Positions 39,336 through 49,756 are shown, counted from the stretch's first letter. The stretch is 64,000 bases of DNA from Candidatus Pelagibacter sp. (GCF_052049975.1 NZ_JBNGYZ010000001.1:314468-378467), one strand, 5' to 3'. Program-made: numbers and translations. Notes: generated from the letters alone by a model not told the origin.

Positions 39336-40877
39336 TTAAGCTTTTTTAAAATTAATCTCTATTGATGCGCCTTTGTTATTTTTATTGTTTGAAGCTATTA
39401 TTGAAGCTTCATGCAAATCAACAAGATTTTTTACGATATTAAGTCCTAACCCAGAATGTTTTCCAAATTTATCTGGCCTATTACTATAAAATCTTTTAAA
39501 TATTTTATTAGTATCTTTTTCTTTAAATCCCTGCCCTTCGTCAATAACTTTTAATGAAATCAGATTTCCTTCAACTTTCAATAATTCCACCAAAACTCTA
39601 GTATTATTCTCGCTAAATGAAATCGAATTGTCTAAAAGGTTTGCAATTATCTGTTCTATTCTATTTTCAATTCCTTGAATAAAATAATCTTTATCTCCAT
39701 CATTTTTATATAAAACATTTATTTTTCTCTTAGCAAAATAAATGTTGTTAAAATCATCTACTACCGATTTAATTATTGGATCAAGATTTATTTTTTTCAT
39801 TTTTTCTTTACTTAATGCAACTTCATCTTTTAAAATTTGAGAATAGTCAGTTATCAATCTTTCTATTCTTTCAACATCGTGGCTTAATATACTGATTAAT
39901 TTTTCTCTTTGTTTAATATCGCTTGTATCATTTAAAATCTCAGAAGCACTTTTTAATGAAGCTAAGGGATTTCTTATTTCATGTACTAAATCTGTTGAAA
40001 AATTTTCTGCATTAGAGATTCTTTTTTGAAGCTCAAAAGTCATATCATCTAATGACTTAGACAAAAGTCCCAATTCATCATTTCTTACTTTCAAATTTTC
40101 AATATTTGTTTTTTCTTTCTTTTTAGCTTTAATATTTTTTGTATAACTAACAAGATTTTGAATCGGCTTTAAAAAATATCTATTCAAGACGAATGAGAAA
40201 ATAAAAATTACAACTGCTACAACTATTGCTGTTCGTATAATAAAAGTTTCTCTTTCTTGAATAGCTGCTCTAACATCATTTGCATTTTCCGTTATCGCAA
40301 CATACCCAACATTTTTGTCATCTTTAATAATATTTTTTATTGTTGTTAGCTTGAATTGTTCATAAGTTTCTTCTGAAAAAGTATATGGTTTTCCAAAATT
40401 TCTTGAATCAATGTAGTTAAAGAGAACATCTTTTAATGAAATTGAATTTTTTTTATTTATATTAATATTTTTTTTTTCAATAATTTCTTTTGTTTTTTCC
40501 TCATTTAATACTTCAAATTCAATTATGTTTAGTCTTTGAGAAAATGCTCTTGGATCTAAATCTAAAGTATCTGTATCTCCAATAAGATTAAGCTCATTAT
40601 CAAAAAAAATAACTCTATCTAAATTTTGAAATAAAAATCGTGTTGATGTTAAAAATTTTTGAATATCTCTTTTATTAAGGTTTACATCTAATCTTAGGAT
40701 GTTGTCTATAGTATTATTTATTACGTTAATGTGATTAGCAGACTTTTTTTTTATCAAATTTGGTTGAACATTTTTTAGATAAAATATTGTTAGTATTCCT
40801 ATTACTAAAAAAAATAAAAAATTGATAAATAGAAACTTTTTTAAGATTGATAAATTTTTAATTACATTATTTAACAT
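39336..40877 (-). CDS. chvG: Sensor histidine kinase ChvG-like
   Basis: Two TM segments, HAMP (RNDELG), H-box HEIRNPL, NLLDN, DEGQG, GLGL. Start 40877 couples to the chvI stop (TAATG). Confidence 0.8.
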   Translation of the reverse strand: MLNNVIKNLSILKKFLFINFLFFLVIGILTIFYLKNVQPNLIKKKSANHINVINNTIDNILRLDVNLNKRDIQKFLTSTRFLFQNLDRVIFFDNELNLIGDTDTLDLDPRAFSQRLNIIEFEVLNEEKTKEIIEKKNININKKNSISLKDVLFNYIDSRNFGKPYTFSEETYEQFKLTTIKNIIKDDKNVGYVAITENANDVRAAIQERETFIIRTAIVVAVVIFIFSFVLNRYFLKPIQNLVSYTKNIKAKKKEKTNIENLKVRNDELGLLSKSLDDMTFELQKRISNAENFSTDLVHEIRNPLASLKSASEILNDTSDIKQREKLISILSHDVERIERLITDYSQILKDEVALSKEKMKKINLDPIIKSVVDDFNNIYFAKRKINVLYKNDGDKDYFIQGIENRIEQIIANLLDNSISFSENNTRVLVELLKVEGNLISLKVIDEGQGFKEKDTNKIFKRFYSNRPDKFGKHSGLGLNIVKNLVDLHEASIIASNNKNNKGASIEINFKKA

Positions 40878-41584
40878 TAACCAACGTTCCACCTATATCC
40901 ACTACCATATCTGGTTTCTATAGCTGAAAATTCTGGGTCTACTTTTTTAAATTTTTTTCTAATTCTTTTAACGTGACTATCAATTGTACGGTCCTCAATG
41001 TCAGTATCTTCTCTATAAGCTATATCCATTAATTGTGCTCTCTCCTTAATAATGCCTGGTCTTTTTGCTAATTCTTTAACAATTAAAAATTCTGTTGTAG
41101 TTAATTTATCAGGTAGTTGCTTACCATCCCATTCACATTCTAATTGTGAAGGGTCTAATCTTAGTTTTCCATGAGTGATTATACTTTTATTTTCTTCAAT
41201 AATATTATTTGTGTCTTTTTTTCTTAATTGAACTCTAATTCTTTCAATTAAAACCTTAATAGAAAAACCTCCTGATTTTTTGATAAAATCGTCAGCTCCT
41301 AATTTCAAACCTAATAATTCATCAATTTCATCATCCTTAGAAGTAAGAAAGATTACAGGAAGGGAAGTTTTTTTTCTTAATTTTTTTAAAAGTTCTTCAC
41401 CATCCATTTTTGGCATTTTAATATCTACCACAGCAAGATCAGGTGGTGTTCTAGTTAATCCAATCAGTGCACTTTCGCCATCAATATAAGTCTGAACTTT
41501 AAAACCTTCTTTTTCTAAAGCTATGCTTAGACTTGTTAGAATATTTCTATCATCATCTATAAGAGCTATTGTTTGTTTTTGCAT
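40877..41584 (-). CDS. chvI: OmpR-family response regulator ChvI
   Basis: [54 protein letters not shown] 41584; GTG 41590 is an alternative. Confidence 0.88.
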   Translation of the reverse strand: MQKQTIALIDDDRNILTSLSIALEKEGFKVQTYIDGESALIGLTRTPPDLAVVDIKMPKMDGEELLKKLRKKTSLPVIFLTSKDDEIDELLGLKLGADDFIKKSGGFSIKVLIERIRVQLRKKDTNNIIEENKSIITHGKLRLDPSQLECEWDGKQLPDKLTTTEFLIVKELAKRPGIIKERAQLMDIAYREDTDIEDRTIDSHVKRIRKKFKKVDPEFSAIETRYGSGYRWNVG

Positions 41585-41634
41585 AGACACTTTTAAAAAT
41601 ACTAAATTGTTCTAATTTGGGCAAACGTCAAAAT

Positions 41635-44406
41635 TTAATGCAATACACCCCAATTATCACCAACATTTACATCAACCGTTAAAGGTGTGCTAAAAGAATG
41701 AAATTCACTTTCCGTGACACTAGACATTTCTTTCTTAATTATCTCACAAAGCTTATCAGCATCTTTTTTTGGCACCTCAAAAATTAATTCATCATGAATT
41801 TGTAACAAAATTTTACATTCTTTAAATTTTGAGTCAGATAATTTTTGATTGAGTCTGATCATGGCTAACCTCATAATTTCAGAGGCTGATCCTTGAATTG
41901 GTGCATTAATTGCAGCTCTTTCTTGAAAATTTCTTATATTATAATTTTTATCATTAATTGCATTGAAATGAGACCTTCTACCAAAAATATTATTTACATA
42001 ACCACTCTTCCTACAAAACTTTATCGTACTATCCATATAAAGTTTTATTTCAGGAAATTTTAAGAAATAAGCGTTCAAAAATTCTTCAGCCTCATGGTTT
42101 GAAACATTAATTTGTTTTGCCAATCCATATTGAGAAATCCCATAAATAATTCCAAAATTTATAGCTTTAGCTTTTCTTCTTTGATCTGAATTTACTTTTT
42201 TAATATCTACATTAAATATTTGACTTGCTGTTAATGAATGAATATCGATATCTTTTTTAAAAGCTTTTTTTAATTCTTTTACATCTGCTAAATCTGCTAA
42301 AATTCGCATTTCAACTTGATTGTAATCAGCAGAAATTAAAATTTTATTCTGATCAGCAATAAAAGCTTTTCTAATATCTCTGCCATCTTCAGTTTTTATT
42401 GGAATATTTTGTAAATTAGGATCGCTTGACGCTAAACGACCAGTAGTAGTAGCTGCCAATAAAAAAGAAGTGTGAACACGATTTGTTTTGTTATTTATAT
42501 GTTCGGGTAAAGTATCTGAATAAGTATTTTTTAATTTTGATACTTGTCTCCAATCAAGAACTAATTGTGGAAATTTATGTCCTTTAAAAGCTAAATCTTC
42601 AAGGACTGCTGCACTTGTAGCAAAACTTCCTTTTTTTGTTTTTTTTAAATTTGCTATTTTCAAATCATTGTAAATAATTTCACCTAGTTGTTTGGGAGAT
42701 GCAATATTGAATTCTTTTTTTGAAATTTTAAATACATCTTTTTCAAGTTTAATAATTTTCTTTTCAAATTTAGTAGATAAGGTCTTTAAAAACTTACTGT
42801 CTATTTTAATTCCTTCAATTTCCATAAAAGCTAAAATTTTTATTAGAGGTTTCTCAAAATTTTCATAAATATTGACTAATTTTTCAACCTTTAAACTTTT
42901 GTTAAATTTCTTATAAAGTCTGTAAGTAATGTCAGCATCTTCAGCGGCATAATCCTTAGCCTTTTCTATTTCAACTTCGCTAAAATTAATTTCTTTTTTT
43001 CCAGTTCCTACTATTTCTTTAAATGAAATTGTTTTATGACCCAAATGTAATTCTGATAAAATATCCATGTTGTGTCTATTTTTTCCAGCATCAAGCACAT
43101 AAGACATTAACATGGTGTCCTCCATGGAATTAAGAATAATTCCCTGATGATAAAAAATAATAAAATCAAACTTAATATTTTGACCAATTTTTTTAATACT
43201 ACTATCTTCCAAAATTGGTTTTAACTTTTTTAAAACATCTTTTTTTTCAAAATATTTTTTTGATTTATGACCAATTGGAATGTAGTTAGCTTTGCCAATT
43301 TTTGTGCTTATTGAAATCCCTACCAGTTCAGCTTGATGAGGATTTAATGAATTTGTTTCAGTATCTACTGCAAATTCACCTGCTTCTTCAGCTTCACTAA
43401 CAAGTTTATCTATTTCATCTAATTTTGTAACGAGTTTATAATTTTTATTTGATATTGGTTTTTCATCTTTTTTTTTGTCTAACTCAACTTTATCATTTTT
43501 AAAACCAGCTTCTCCATAAGCAGATATTGCAGAACTCAAGAGCCTATTAAACTCCATTTCTCTCAAAAAAGAGTATAATTTTTCCTTATCAATATCTTTT
43601 AATTTAAATTCTTCTAATTTTTGGTTTACTGGCGCTTTATTGTCTAGTGTTACTAATTTTTTACTGATTATCGCTTTATCCTTATTCTCTATTAATGTTT
43701 CGCGTCTTTTATTCTGTTTTATTTCGTGAGCATTTTTTAATAACTCTTCTAAATTTCCATATTTATTAATTAATTCTGCTGCTGTTTTAACCCCTATTCC
43801 AGGTACACCTGGAACATTATCACTACTATCTCCAGCAAGTGACTGAACATCAATTACCTTACTAGCATCAACGCCAAACTTATTTTTTACATCTTCTTCT
43901 GATACAAATTTATTTTTCATAGGATCATAAATTCGTACCCCTTTTTTATAGAGCTGCATTAAATCTTTATCAGAAGAGATAATTGTAACTTTTGAGCCTT
44001 TTTTTAATATTTGTTCTACATAAGTGGCTATTAAATCATCTGCTTCATAGTTGATTAAATCTACAGACGGAAGATTAAAAGCTAAAACAGATTTTCTAAT
44101 GTATTCAAATTGCGGGGCTAAATCATCAGGTGCTTCTGATCTATTAGCTTTATAATCACTATAAATTTCATTCCTAAATGTTTTTCTAGCAGAGTCAAAA
44201 ATGACAGCAAAATGAGAAGGCTTTTGTAAGTTTTGGTCTGATTTAGAATCTTCTAATAACTTAAATAACATGCTGCAAAAACCACTAACAGCCCCTGTGG
44301 GAAGACCATCACTTTTTCTGGTTAATGGAGGCAAAGCATAATAGGCTCTAAAAATATATCCAGAACCATCAACTAGATAATAATGTTCTTCAGATTTTTT
44401 TTTCAT
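41635..44406 (-). CDS. polA: DNA polymerase I
   Basis: 5'-3' exonuclease (LVDGSGYIFRAY, GDSSDNVPGVPGIG), DTET proofreading motif I, SADYNQVEMR, KAINFGIIYG, QIHDEL. Confidence 0.98.
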   Translation of the reverse strand: MKKKSEEHYYLVDGSGYIFRAYYALPPLTRKSDGLPTGAVSGFCSMLFKLLEDSKSDQNLQKPSHFAVIFDSARKTFRNEIYSDYKANRSEAPDDLAPQFEYIRKSVLAFNLPSVDLINYEADDLIATYVEQILKKGSKVTIISSDKDLMQLYKKGVRIYDPMKNKFVSEEDVKNKFGVDASKVIDVQSLAGDSSDNVPGVPGIGVKTAAELINKYGNLEELLKNAHEIKQNKRRETLIENKDKAIISKKLVTLDNKAPVNQKLEEFKLKDIDKEKLYSFLREMEFNRLLSSAISAYGEAGFKNDKVELDKKKDEKPISNKNYKLVTKLDEIDKLVSEAEEAGEFAVDTETNSLNPHQAELVGISISTKIGKANYIPIGHKSKKYFEKKDVLKKLKPILEDSSIKKIGQNIKFDFIIFYHQGIILNSMEDTMLMSYVLDAGKNRHNMDILSELHLGHKTISFKEIVGTGKKEINFSEVEIEKAKDYAAEDADITYRLYKKFNKSLKVEKLVNIYENFEKPLIKILAFMEIEGIKIDSKFLKTLSTKFEKKIIKLEKDVFKISKKEFNIASPKQLGEIIYNDLKIANLKKTKKGSFATSAAVLEDLAFKGHKFPQLVLDWRQVSKLKNTYSDTLPEHINNKTNRVHTSFLLAATTTGRLASSDPNLQNIPIKTEDGRDIRKAFIADQNKILISADYNQVEMRILADLADVKELKKAFKKDIDIHSLTASQIFNVDIKKVNSDQRRKAKAINFGIIYGISQYGLAKQINVSNHEAEEFLNAYFLKFPEIKLYMDSTIKFCRKSGYVNNIFGRRSHFNAINDKNYNIRNFQERAAINAPIQGSASEIMRLAMIRLNQKLSDSKFKECKILLQIHDELIFEVPKKDADKLCEIIKKEMSSVTESEFHSFSTPLTVDVNVGDNWGVLH

Positions 44407-44512
44407 TAAATAATGATATTAAAGATTCTTTTTAGAATTATTCTATATAATTCTAAATTTTTGGATATTAAAAAAAGTAGATTATTAAATAAAATAACTG
44501 TATGAATAGCTA

Positions 44513-45064
44513 ATGGAAATTGTTAAAAATTTAAATCAATCATCAATTGTAAAAACTTTTTTAATAATAATTCTTGGTTCGTTAGCTTTAACTATATCAG
44601 CAAAAATAAAAATTCCTTTTTATCCAGTACCAATGACTATGCAGACTTTTGTTGTAATGTTATTGGGTATAGCATTCGGCTACAAAATAGGATTGGCAAC
44701 AGTCAGTTTATATTTGTTTGAAGGTATTGCTGGACTACCAGTTTTTTCAAACTCACCTGAAAAAGGTGTGGGTTTGGTTTACTTTACAGGTCCAACAATG
44801 GGATATTTGATTGGTTTCTTATCAGCAACACTAATTGCTGGAACAATAAGTTCTAATGACAACATATTAAAAATAATTTCTAAACTGTTATTGTCTGTAT
44901 CAACAATTTATATTTTAGGTGTTTTGTGGCTTGGCACACTTATAGGATGGGATAAGCCAATACTAGAATTTGGTGTTTATCCATTTTTACTGGCAGAAAT
45001 ATTTAAACTAGCTTTGTTGGTGATAATTTCGAAAAAAATAATTAATTTAAGAAAATTTATTTAG
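44513..45064 (+). CDS. bioY: Biotin transporter BioY
   Basis: PVPMTMQTF, GLPVFS, GPTMGYLIGF, PFLLAEIFK. Confidence 0.9.
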   Translation: MEIVKNLNQSSIVKTFLIIILGSLALTISAKIKIPFYPVPMTMQTFVVMLLGIAFGYKIGLATVSLYLFEGIAGLPVFSNSPEKGVGLVYFTGPTMGYLIGFLSATLIAGTISSNDNILKIISKLLLSVSTIYILGVLWLGTLIGWDKPILEFGVYPFLLAEIFKLALLVIISKKIINLRKFI

Positions 45065-45620
45065 GAGATCTTTTAGAAAGAATTCTTTGAAGAGTTCTTC
45101 TATGCATTTTTAGTCTTCTAGCAGTTTCAGAAACATTTCTGTTGCATAATTCAAAAACTCTGTGAATATGTTCCCACTTAACTCTATCTGCAGACATTGG
45201 GTTTTCAGGTGGAACTGCTTTTTTTGTTGGATCGGCTAACAATGCTTTTTCTACGTCTTCAGCATCAGCAGGTTTAGCTAAATAATCAATTGCACCTTCT
45301 TTTACAGCCGCAACTGCAGTTGGTATATTTCCATATCCTGTTAGCATTATAACTCTGCTTTCAGAGTTAGAGTTTTGAATTTCTTTTACAACATCTAAAC
45401 CATTGCCATCACCTAGTCTTAAGTCTACTACAGCGAATCCTGGTTTTGATGTTTTGACTGTATCAATGCCTTTTTGTACACCTTCAGCTTGTACAACTGA
45501 AAAACCTTTTTTTTCCATTGCTCTTGCAAGTCTTTCTCTAAAAGGATTATCATCATCAACTAAAAGTAACGATTTATTCTCAAAATCATTGATGTTTTTT
45601 AGTACAGCTTGTTCTTTCAT
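45057..45620 (-). CDS. regA: RegA/PrrA/ActR response regulator
   Basis: LLLVDDD, VVDLRLGDG, LTGYGNIPTAV, MSADRVKWEHIHRV, NVSETARRLKMHRRTLQRIL. ATG 45620 preferred over GTG 45704. Confidence 0.93.
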   Translation of the reverse strand: MKEQAVLKNINDFENKSLLLVDDDNPFRERLARAMEKKGFSVVQAEGVQKGIDTVKTSKPGFAVVDLRLGDGNGLDVVKEIQNSNSESRVIMLTGYGNIPTAVAAVKEGAIDYLAKPADAEDVEKALLADPTKKAVPPENPMSADRVKWEHIHRVFELCNRNVSETARRLKMHRRTLQRILSKRSPK

Positions 45621-45770
45621 AACAAGGGTAATATGGTGATTTATTTTCAGATTACAACACTTAATTATTTGCTTTACATCATGTCTATATTGCTCTATTT
45701 GCACGTTTAATGTGAAAGTTTTATTAATTTAAGGCTTTTTTTTATTAAATTTTTTTTGGAGGCATATGAA

Positions 45771-46955
45771 ATGCAAAAATTTAAATCAGTTGAAGAGCTT
45801 ATAAATCAACTGCAGCCTGAACAGCCAGTTTACTGTATTAGGAGAGAATCAATAAAAACTGCTTCAAAAAATTTTAAAGATAATTTTCCAGGTAAAATTC
45901 TATTTGCAGTAAAAACTAATCCTCACCCTGAAGTTTTGAGAACGATCATTGAAAGTGGAATTGATCAATTTGATGTGGCTTCAATTGATGAAATAAAAAG
46001 TATTAAGAGTATTGATCAAAACATCAAATGCTCGTTTATGCATACCGTTAAATCTAGGGAAAGTATTGAAAAAGCATATTTCCAATATGGAGTAAAAACC
46101 TTTTCTTTAGATACAAAAGATGAATTAATTAAAATTATTGAAAGTACTAAAAATGCAAATGATTTAGAGTTGTTTGTAAGGGTGGCAGTATCAAATGAAC
46201 ATGCTGAAATAGATTTATCAAAAAAATTTGGTGCCATTAGCTCTGAAGCAATTGGTCTTGTAAGATTGGCTAAACAATATGCTTCTAAACTGGGAATAAG
46301 TTTCCACGTTGGATCGCAATGTATGCATCCAATTTCATATTCAAAAGGTATCTCAGAAATAGGTAATATAATTAAAAAAACTAAAATTCTACCAGACTAT
46401 ATTAATGTAGGTGGTGGGTTCCCAACAATTTATCCAGATTTAATTCCTCAAAGTTTAGATAGTTATTTTGAAGAAATAAAAAAAGGATTAACAAATTTAA
46501 AACTTGAAAAACTACCTGAAATTATCTGTGAACCTGGAAGAGCACTTGTTGCTGAGAGTGGTTCAACAATAGTAAGAGTAAACTTGAGAAAAAAACAAAA
46601 ACTCTACATTAATGATGGAACTTATGGAACATTGTTTGATGCTGGTACACCAAATATTGTTTACCCTTCTAAGATGATTAAAGATCAGTCAAATAAGATT
46701 ATTTCTAAAAAATTAACTGCTTTTGATTTTTATGGTCCTACATGTGATAGTATGGATTATATGAAGGGACCTTTCCTATTGCCAAATAATATTAAAGAGA
46801 ATGATTACATTGAGTTAGGACAATTAGGTGCTTACGGTTTAACATTTAGAACTCAATTCAATGGTTTCTACTCAGATTTAATTTATGAAGTAGAAGACAA
46901 ACCAATAATGAGCATGTATGAGAAAAATGGTAATCAAGGTATACTGGTTGCCTAA
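45771..46955 (+). CDS. Alanine-racemase-fold basic amino acid decarboxylase (ornithine/lysine/arginine)
   Basis: FAVKTN (PLP Lys), FDVAS, SFHVGSQ, NVGGGF, EPGR, GPTCDS, GAYG. SD GGAGG 8 nt before ATG 45771. Confidence 0.88.
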   Translation: MQKFKSVEELINQLQPEQPVYCIRRESIKTASKNFKDNFPGKILFAVKTNPHPEVLRTIIESGIDQFDVASIDEIKSIKSIDQNIKCSFMHTVKSRESIEKAYFQYGVKTFSLDTKDELIKIIESTKNANDLELFVRVAVSNEHAEIDLSKKFGAISSEAIGLVRLAKQYASKLGISFHVGSQCMHPISYSKGISEIGNIIKKTKILPDYINVGGGFPTIYPDLIPQSLDSYFEEIKKGLTNLKLEKLPEIICEPGRALVAESGSTIVRVNLRKKQKLYINDGTYGTLFDAGTPNIVYPSKMIKDQSNKIISKKLTAFDFYGPTCDSMDYMKGPFLLPNNIKENDYIELGQLGAYGLTFRTQFNGFYSDLIYEVEDKPIMSMYEKNGNQGILVA

Positions 46956-47998
46956 TGTCAGATAATAAACCATTAGGGCACAATAGTAAAAAAGATTTCT
47001 TAAAAAATCCGGTTGAACATATAGATATTACATCTTTTGACTCTAGAAAAATAATATCCTCTATGGAGAAGATGTCATTTGTTTCTAGAGAAACAGCGAA
47101 TGCAGCAAATATTTATAATGAAATGTTAAAGGATAAAGATTGTACAATTTTTTTAACACTTGCTGGATCAACCTCTGCAGCTGGGTGCATGAATATTTAT
47201 AAAGATTTAGTAAAATATAATATGGTTGATGCAATTGTTGCAACGGGAGCTTCAATCATAGATATGGATTTTTTTGAAGCTTTAGGTTTTAAACATTATC
47301 AGGGTTCTCAATTTCAGGACGATACAGAACTTAGAAAAAACTATATAGATAGAATTTATGATACATACATTGATGAAGATGAGCTTCAAATGTGTGATAA
47401 AAAAATATGTGAAATTGCTGACTTATTAGAACCGAAAAGTTACACTTCTAGAGAATTTATTTGGGAAATGGGAAAATATTTAAAAGAAAATTCTGTTAAA
47501 AAAGATTCGCTAATTGAAACTGCGTATGAAAATAATGTTCCAATATTTTGTCCTGCATTTACAGATTCCAGTGCTGGCTTTGGTTTAGTTATGCATCAAG
47601 AAAATAATCCAAAAAAACACATCACTATAGACTCTATTCGTGAATTTAGAGAACTAACTGAAATAAAAATAAAATCTAAAGGGTCAGGATTATTTATGAT
47701 TGGTGGAGGGGTTCCAAAAAACTTTATTCAAGATACTGTAATTTGTGCTGAACTTCTTGGAAAAGAAGTTGAAATGCACAAGTATGCAGTTCAAATAACA
47801 GTTGCAGACTCAAGAGATGGTGCGTGTAGTAGTTCTACTTTAAAAGAGGCTAGTTCTTGGGGTAAGGTTGATGTCACTCAAGAACAGATGGTTTTTGCTG
47901 AAGCAACAAGCGTCCTGCCTTTAATAGCAAGTGATGCTTATCACAAGGGTGAATGGAAAAACAGAGAAAGAAAAAATTTCTCAAAAATATTTAGTTAA
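46955..47998 (+). CDS. Deoxyhypusine-synthase-like protein
   Basis: IFCPAFTDSS, IGGGVPKNF, YAVQIT, DGACSSST..EASSWGKV (active-site Lys motif). Confidence 0.88.
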   Translation: MSDNKPLGHNSKKDFLKNPVEHIDITSFDSRKIISSMEKMSFVSRETANAANIYNEMLKDKDCTIFLTLAGSTSAAGCMNIYKDLVKYNMVDAIVATGASIIDMDFFEALGFKHYQGSQFQDDTELRKNYIDRIYDTYIDEDELQMCDKKICEIADLLEPKSYTSREFIWEMGKYLKENSVKKDSLIETAYENNVPIFCPAFTDSSAGFGLVMHQENNPKKHITIDSIREFRELTEIKIKSKGSGLFMIGGGVPKNFIQDTVICAELLGKEVEMHKYAVQITVADSRDGACSSSTLKEASSWGKVDVTQEQMVFAEATSVLPLIASDAYHKGEWKNRERKNFSKIFS

Positions 47999-47999
47999 A

Positions 48000-48875
48000 T
48001 TGAAATATCTCTCTAATAAAAAAGGTTTTTTAGGAATTGATAATAAATTCAATTTTAAAGAAAAAGTAGTTATAGTCCCATTTGGACTTGAAAAAACTGT
48101 CAGCTACGGTGGTGGAACGAAAAATGGTCCTAAAGAAATAATTAAAGCATCTCACCAAGTAGAACTTTATGATGAAGAACTAAATTGTGAGCCATACAAA
48201 AAAATAGGCATTAAAACCTTAGAGCCATTCAAAATTGATAAAAATATTAATAAAGCCCTCAAGAAAATGGCAAGTGTTAATAAGGAAATTTTGGATAAAA
48301 AACTTTTTCCTATGACCTTTGGAGGTGAACATTCTATCACACCTGGATGTATTGATCCATTTGTGAAAAAATATAAAAATATCTGTTTATTACATTTTGA
48401 TGCCCATGCTGATCTTCGTGATAGCTATAATGGAGAAAAATTTTCTCATGCATCAGCTATTAGACGTTGTTTAGATCACAAAAATGTATCTATTATTTCA
48501 TTTGGAATTCGAAATATTTCAGAAAGTGAAATACCTTTTTTGAAAAAAAATAAATCTAGAATAAATATTTTTTGGGCAAAAGATAAACCAAAATGGGATT
48601 TAAAGAAGTTTAAAAAATTAATAAAGAATAAAACTGTTTATCTGACATTTGATGTTGATGGATTAGACTCTAGTATTATGCCTGCCACTGGAACACCTGA
48701 GCCTGGTGGTTTACTGTGGGATGAAACTTTAAATATCATAAGGATAGCCGCTAAAAATTCAAATATAATTGGAGCAGATATTAATGAATTAGCACCAATA
48801 AAAGGATTTAATTCTTATAACTTTTTAGTAGCTAAACTAGCTTATAAAATTCTATCGTATAAATTTCTTTACTAA
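48000..48875 (+). CDS. speB: Agmatinase-family ureohydrolase
   Basis: GGEHS, DAHAD, SHAS, DVDGLD, TGTPEPGG. Probable TTG start at 48000, 1 nt after the upstream TAA; the ORF-track start at 47931 lies inside the DHS-like gene. Confidence 0.85.
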   Translation: MKYLSNKKGFLGIDNKFNFKEKVVIVPFGLEKTVSYGGGTKNGPKEIIKASHQVELYDEELNCEPYKKIGIKTLEPFKIDKNINKALKKMASVNKEILDKKLFPMTFGGEHSITPGCIDPFVKKYKNICLLHFDAHADLRDSYNGEKFSHASAIRRCLDHKNVSIISFGIRNISESEIPFLKKNKSRINIFWAKDKPKWDLKKFKKLIKNKTVYLTFDVDGLDSSIMPATGTPEPGGLLWDETLNIIRIAAKNSNIIGADINELAPIKGFNSYNFLVAKLAYKILSYKFLY

Positions 48876-49426
48876 ACTTTGACTGGCTTTAAAGTTCCAA
48901 GTAATAATCTAAATGGAATTAGCATTATTAATGCTACAAATAATTTTACCGCCAAATCACCTAAGGCTAAAGAGAACCACGGTATTCCTGTTCCATAAAA
49001 AGAAATAGAGAAAAATAAGAAAGTATCAATTATTGAACCAGATGTTGATGATGCTAATGGTGCAATAAACCATTTTTTTTCTCTAAGCTTATCAAAAATT
49101 TGAACATCAAATAATTGTGCAACTATAAAAGCTACTCCCGATCCAATTGCTATTCGAATTGAAATCATATCTTCAAAGTTTGTGGAAAAAAATAAAGTAA
49201 ACAAAATTCCAATTGTAAATCCAAAATAAACTACTTTTTTTGCACCATTTTTTCCATAAGACCTATTTGCAAGATCAGTAATTAAAAAAGCTACAGGATA
49301 ACTGAAAGCACCATAAGTTAGTATATTTTCTAAACCAAATTTATTTATTGGGAATTGAACAAGATAATTTGAAAGAAGAACAATCACTCCCATTAGAAGT
49401 GAAAGTAATATAAATGGTTTATTCAT
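48872..49426 (-). CDS. VUT/YhhQ-family queuosine-precursor transporter
   Basis: SNYLVQ, TYGAFSYPVAFLITDL, RIAIGS, AQLFDV, IDTFLFF. Confidence 0.8.
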   Translation of the reverse strand: MNKPFILLSLLMGVIVLLSNYLVQFPINKFGLENILTYGAFSYPVAFLITDLANRSYGKNGAKKVVYFGFTIGILFTLFFSTNFEDMISIRIAIGSGVAFIVAQLFDVQIFDKLREKKWFIAPLASSTSGSIIDTFLFFSISFYGTGIPWFSLALGDLAVKLFVALIMLIPFRLLLGTLKPVKV

Positions 49427-49743
49427 TAAGCCGATTTAGATGATGAAGTAGCTTTTTTTACGTATGGTGATTTAATTAGTAAACTTTTTTTTAATTTCTT
49501 TAATCTTGGTGATAGGTTTTTGTTTTTAACAGTTTTTAAGAATTCATCAAAACTGCCTTTTTTATCAACTGTTCTAACTCCAGCATTGCTTACTGTTATT
49601 TTTAAACTTCTTTTTAATAGCTCACTCGTAAATTTAACTTTTTTTAAATTAGGTAAAAATCTTCTTTTTGTCTTATTGTTAGCATGACTAACATTGTGAC
49701 CTTTCATAGGAATTTTACCAGTTAATTCACATTTTTTAGACAT
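49426..49743 (-). CDS. rpmB: 50S ribosomal protein L28
   Basis: [29 protein letters not shown]. Confidence 0.96.
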   Translation of the reverse strand: MSKKCELTGKIPMKGHNVSHANNKTKRRFLPNLKKVKFTSELLKRSLKITVSNAGVRTVDKKGSFDEFLKTVKNKNLSPRLKKLKKSLLIKSPYVKKATSSSKSA

Positions 49744-49756
49744 AATAATTACGGGA

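Noticed and set aside
45621-45704. 28-aa N-terminal extension of RegA from a GTG
   Set aside because: No receiver-domain similarity, and it would consume the divergent promoter region.
45766-45804. Out-of-frame 12-codon ORF (MKCKNLNQLKSL) overlapping the decarboxylase start
   Set aside because: Its ATG is only 3 nt from the GGAGG, whereas the main ATG is at the optimal 8 nt. Chance ATGs are common.
47931-47999. 23-aa N-terminal extension of the ureohydrolase in the ORF track
   Set aside because: Lies inside the DHS-like gene. TTG at 48000 gives a better coupled start.
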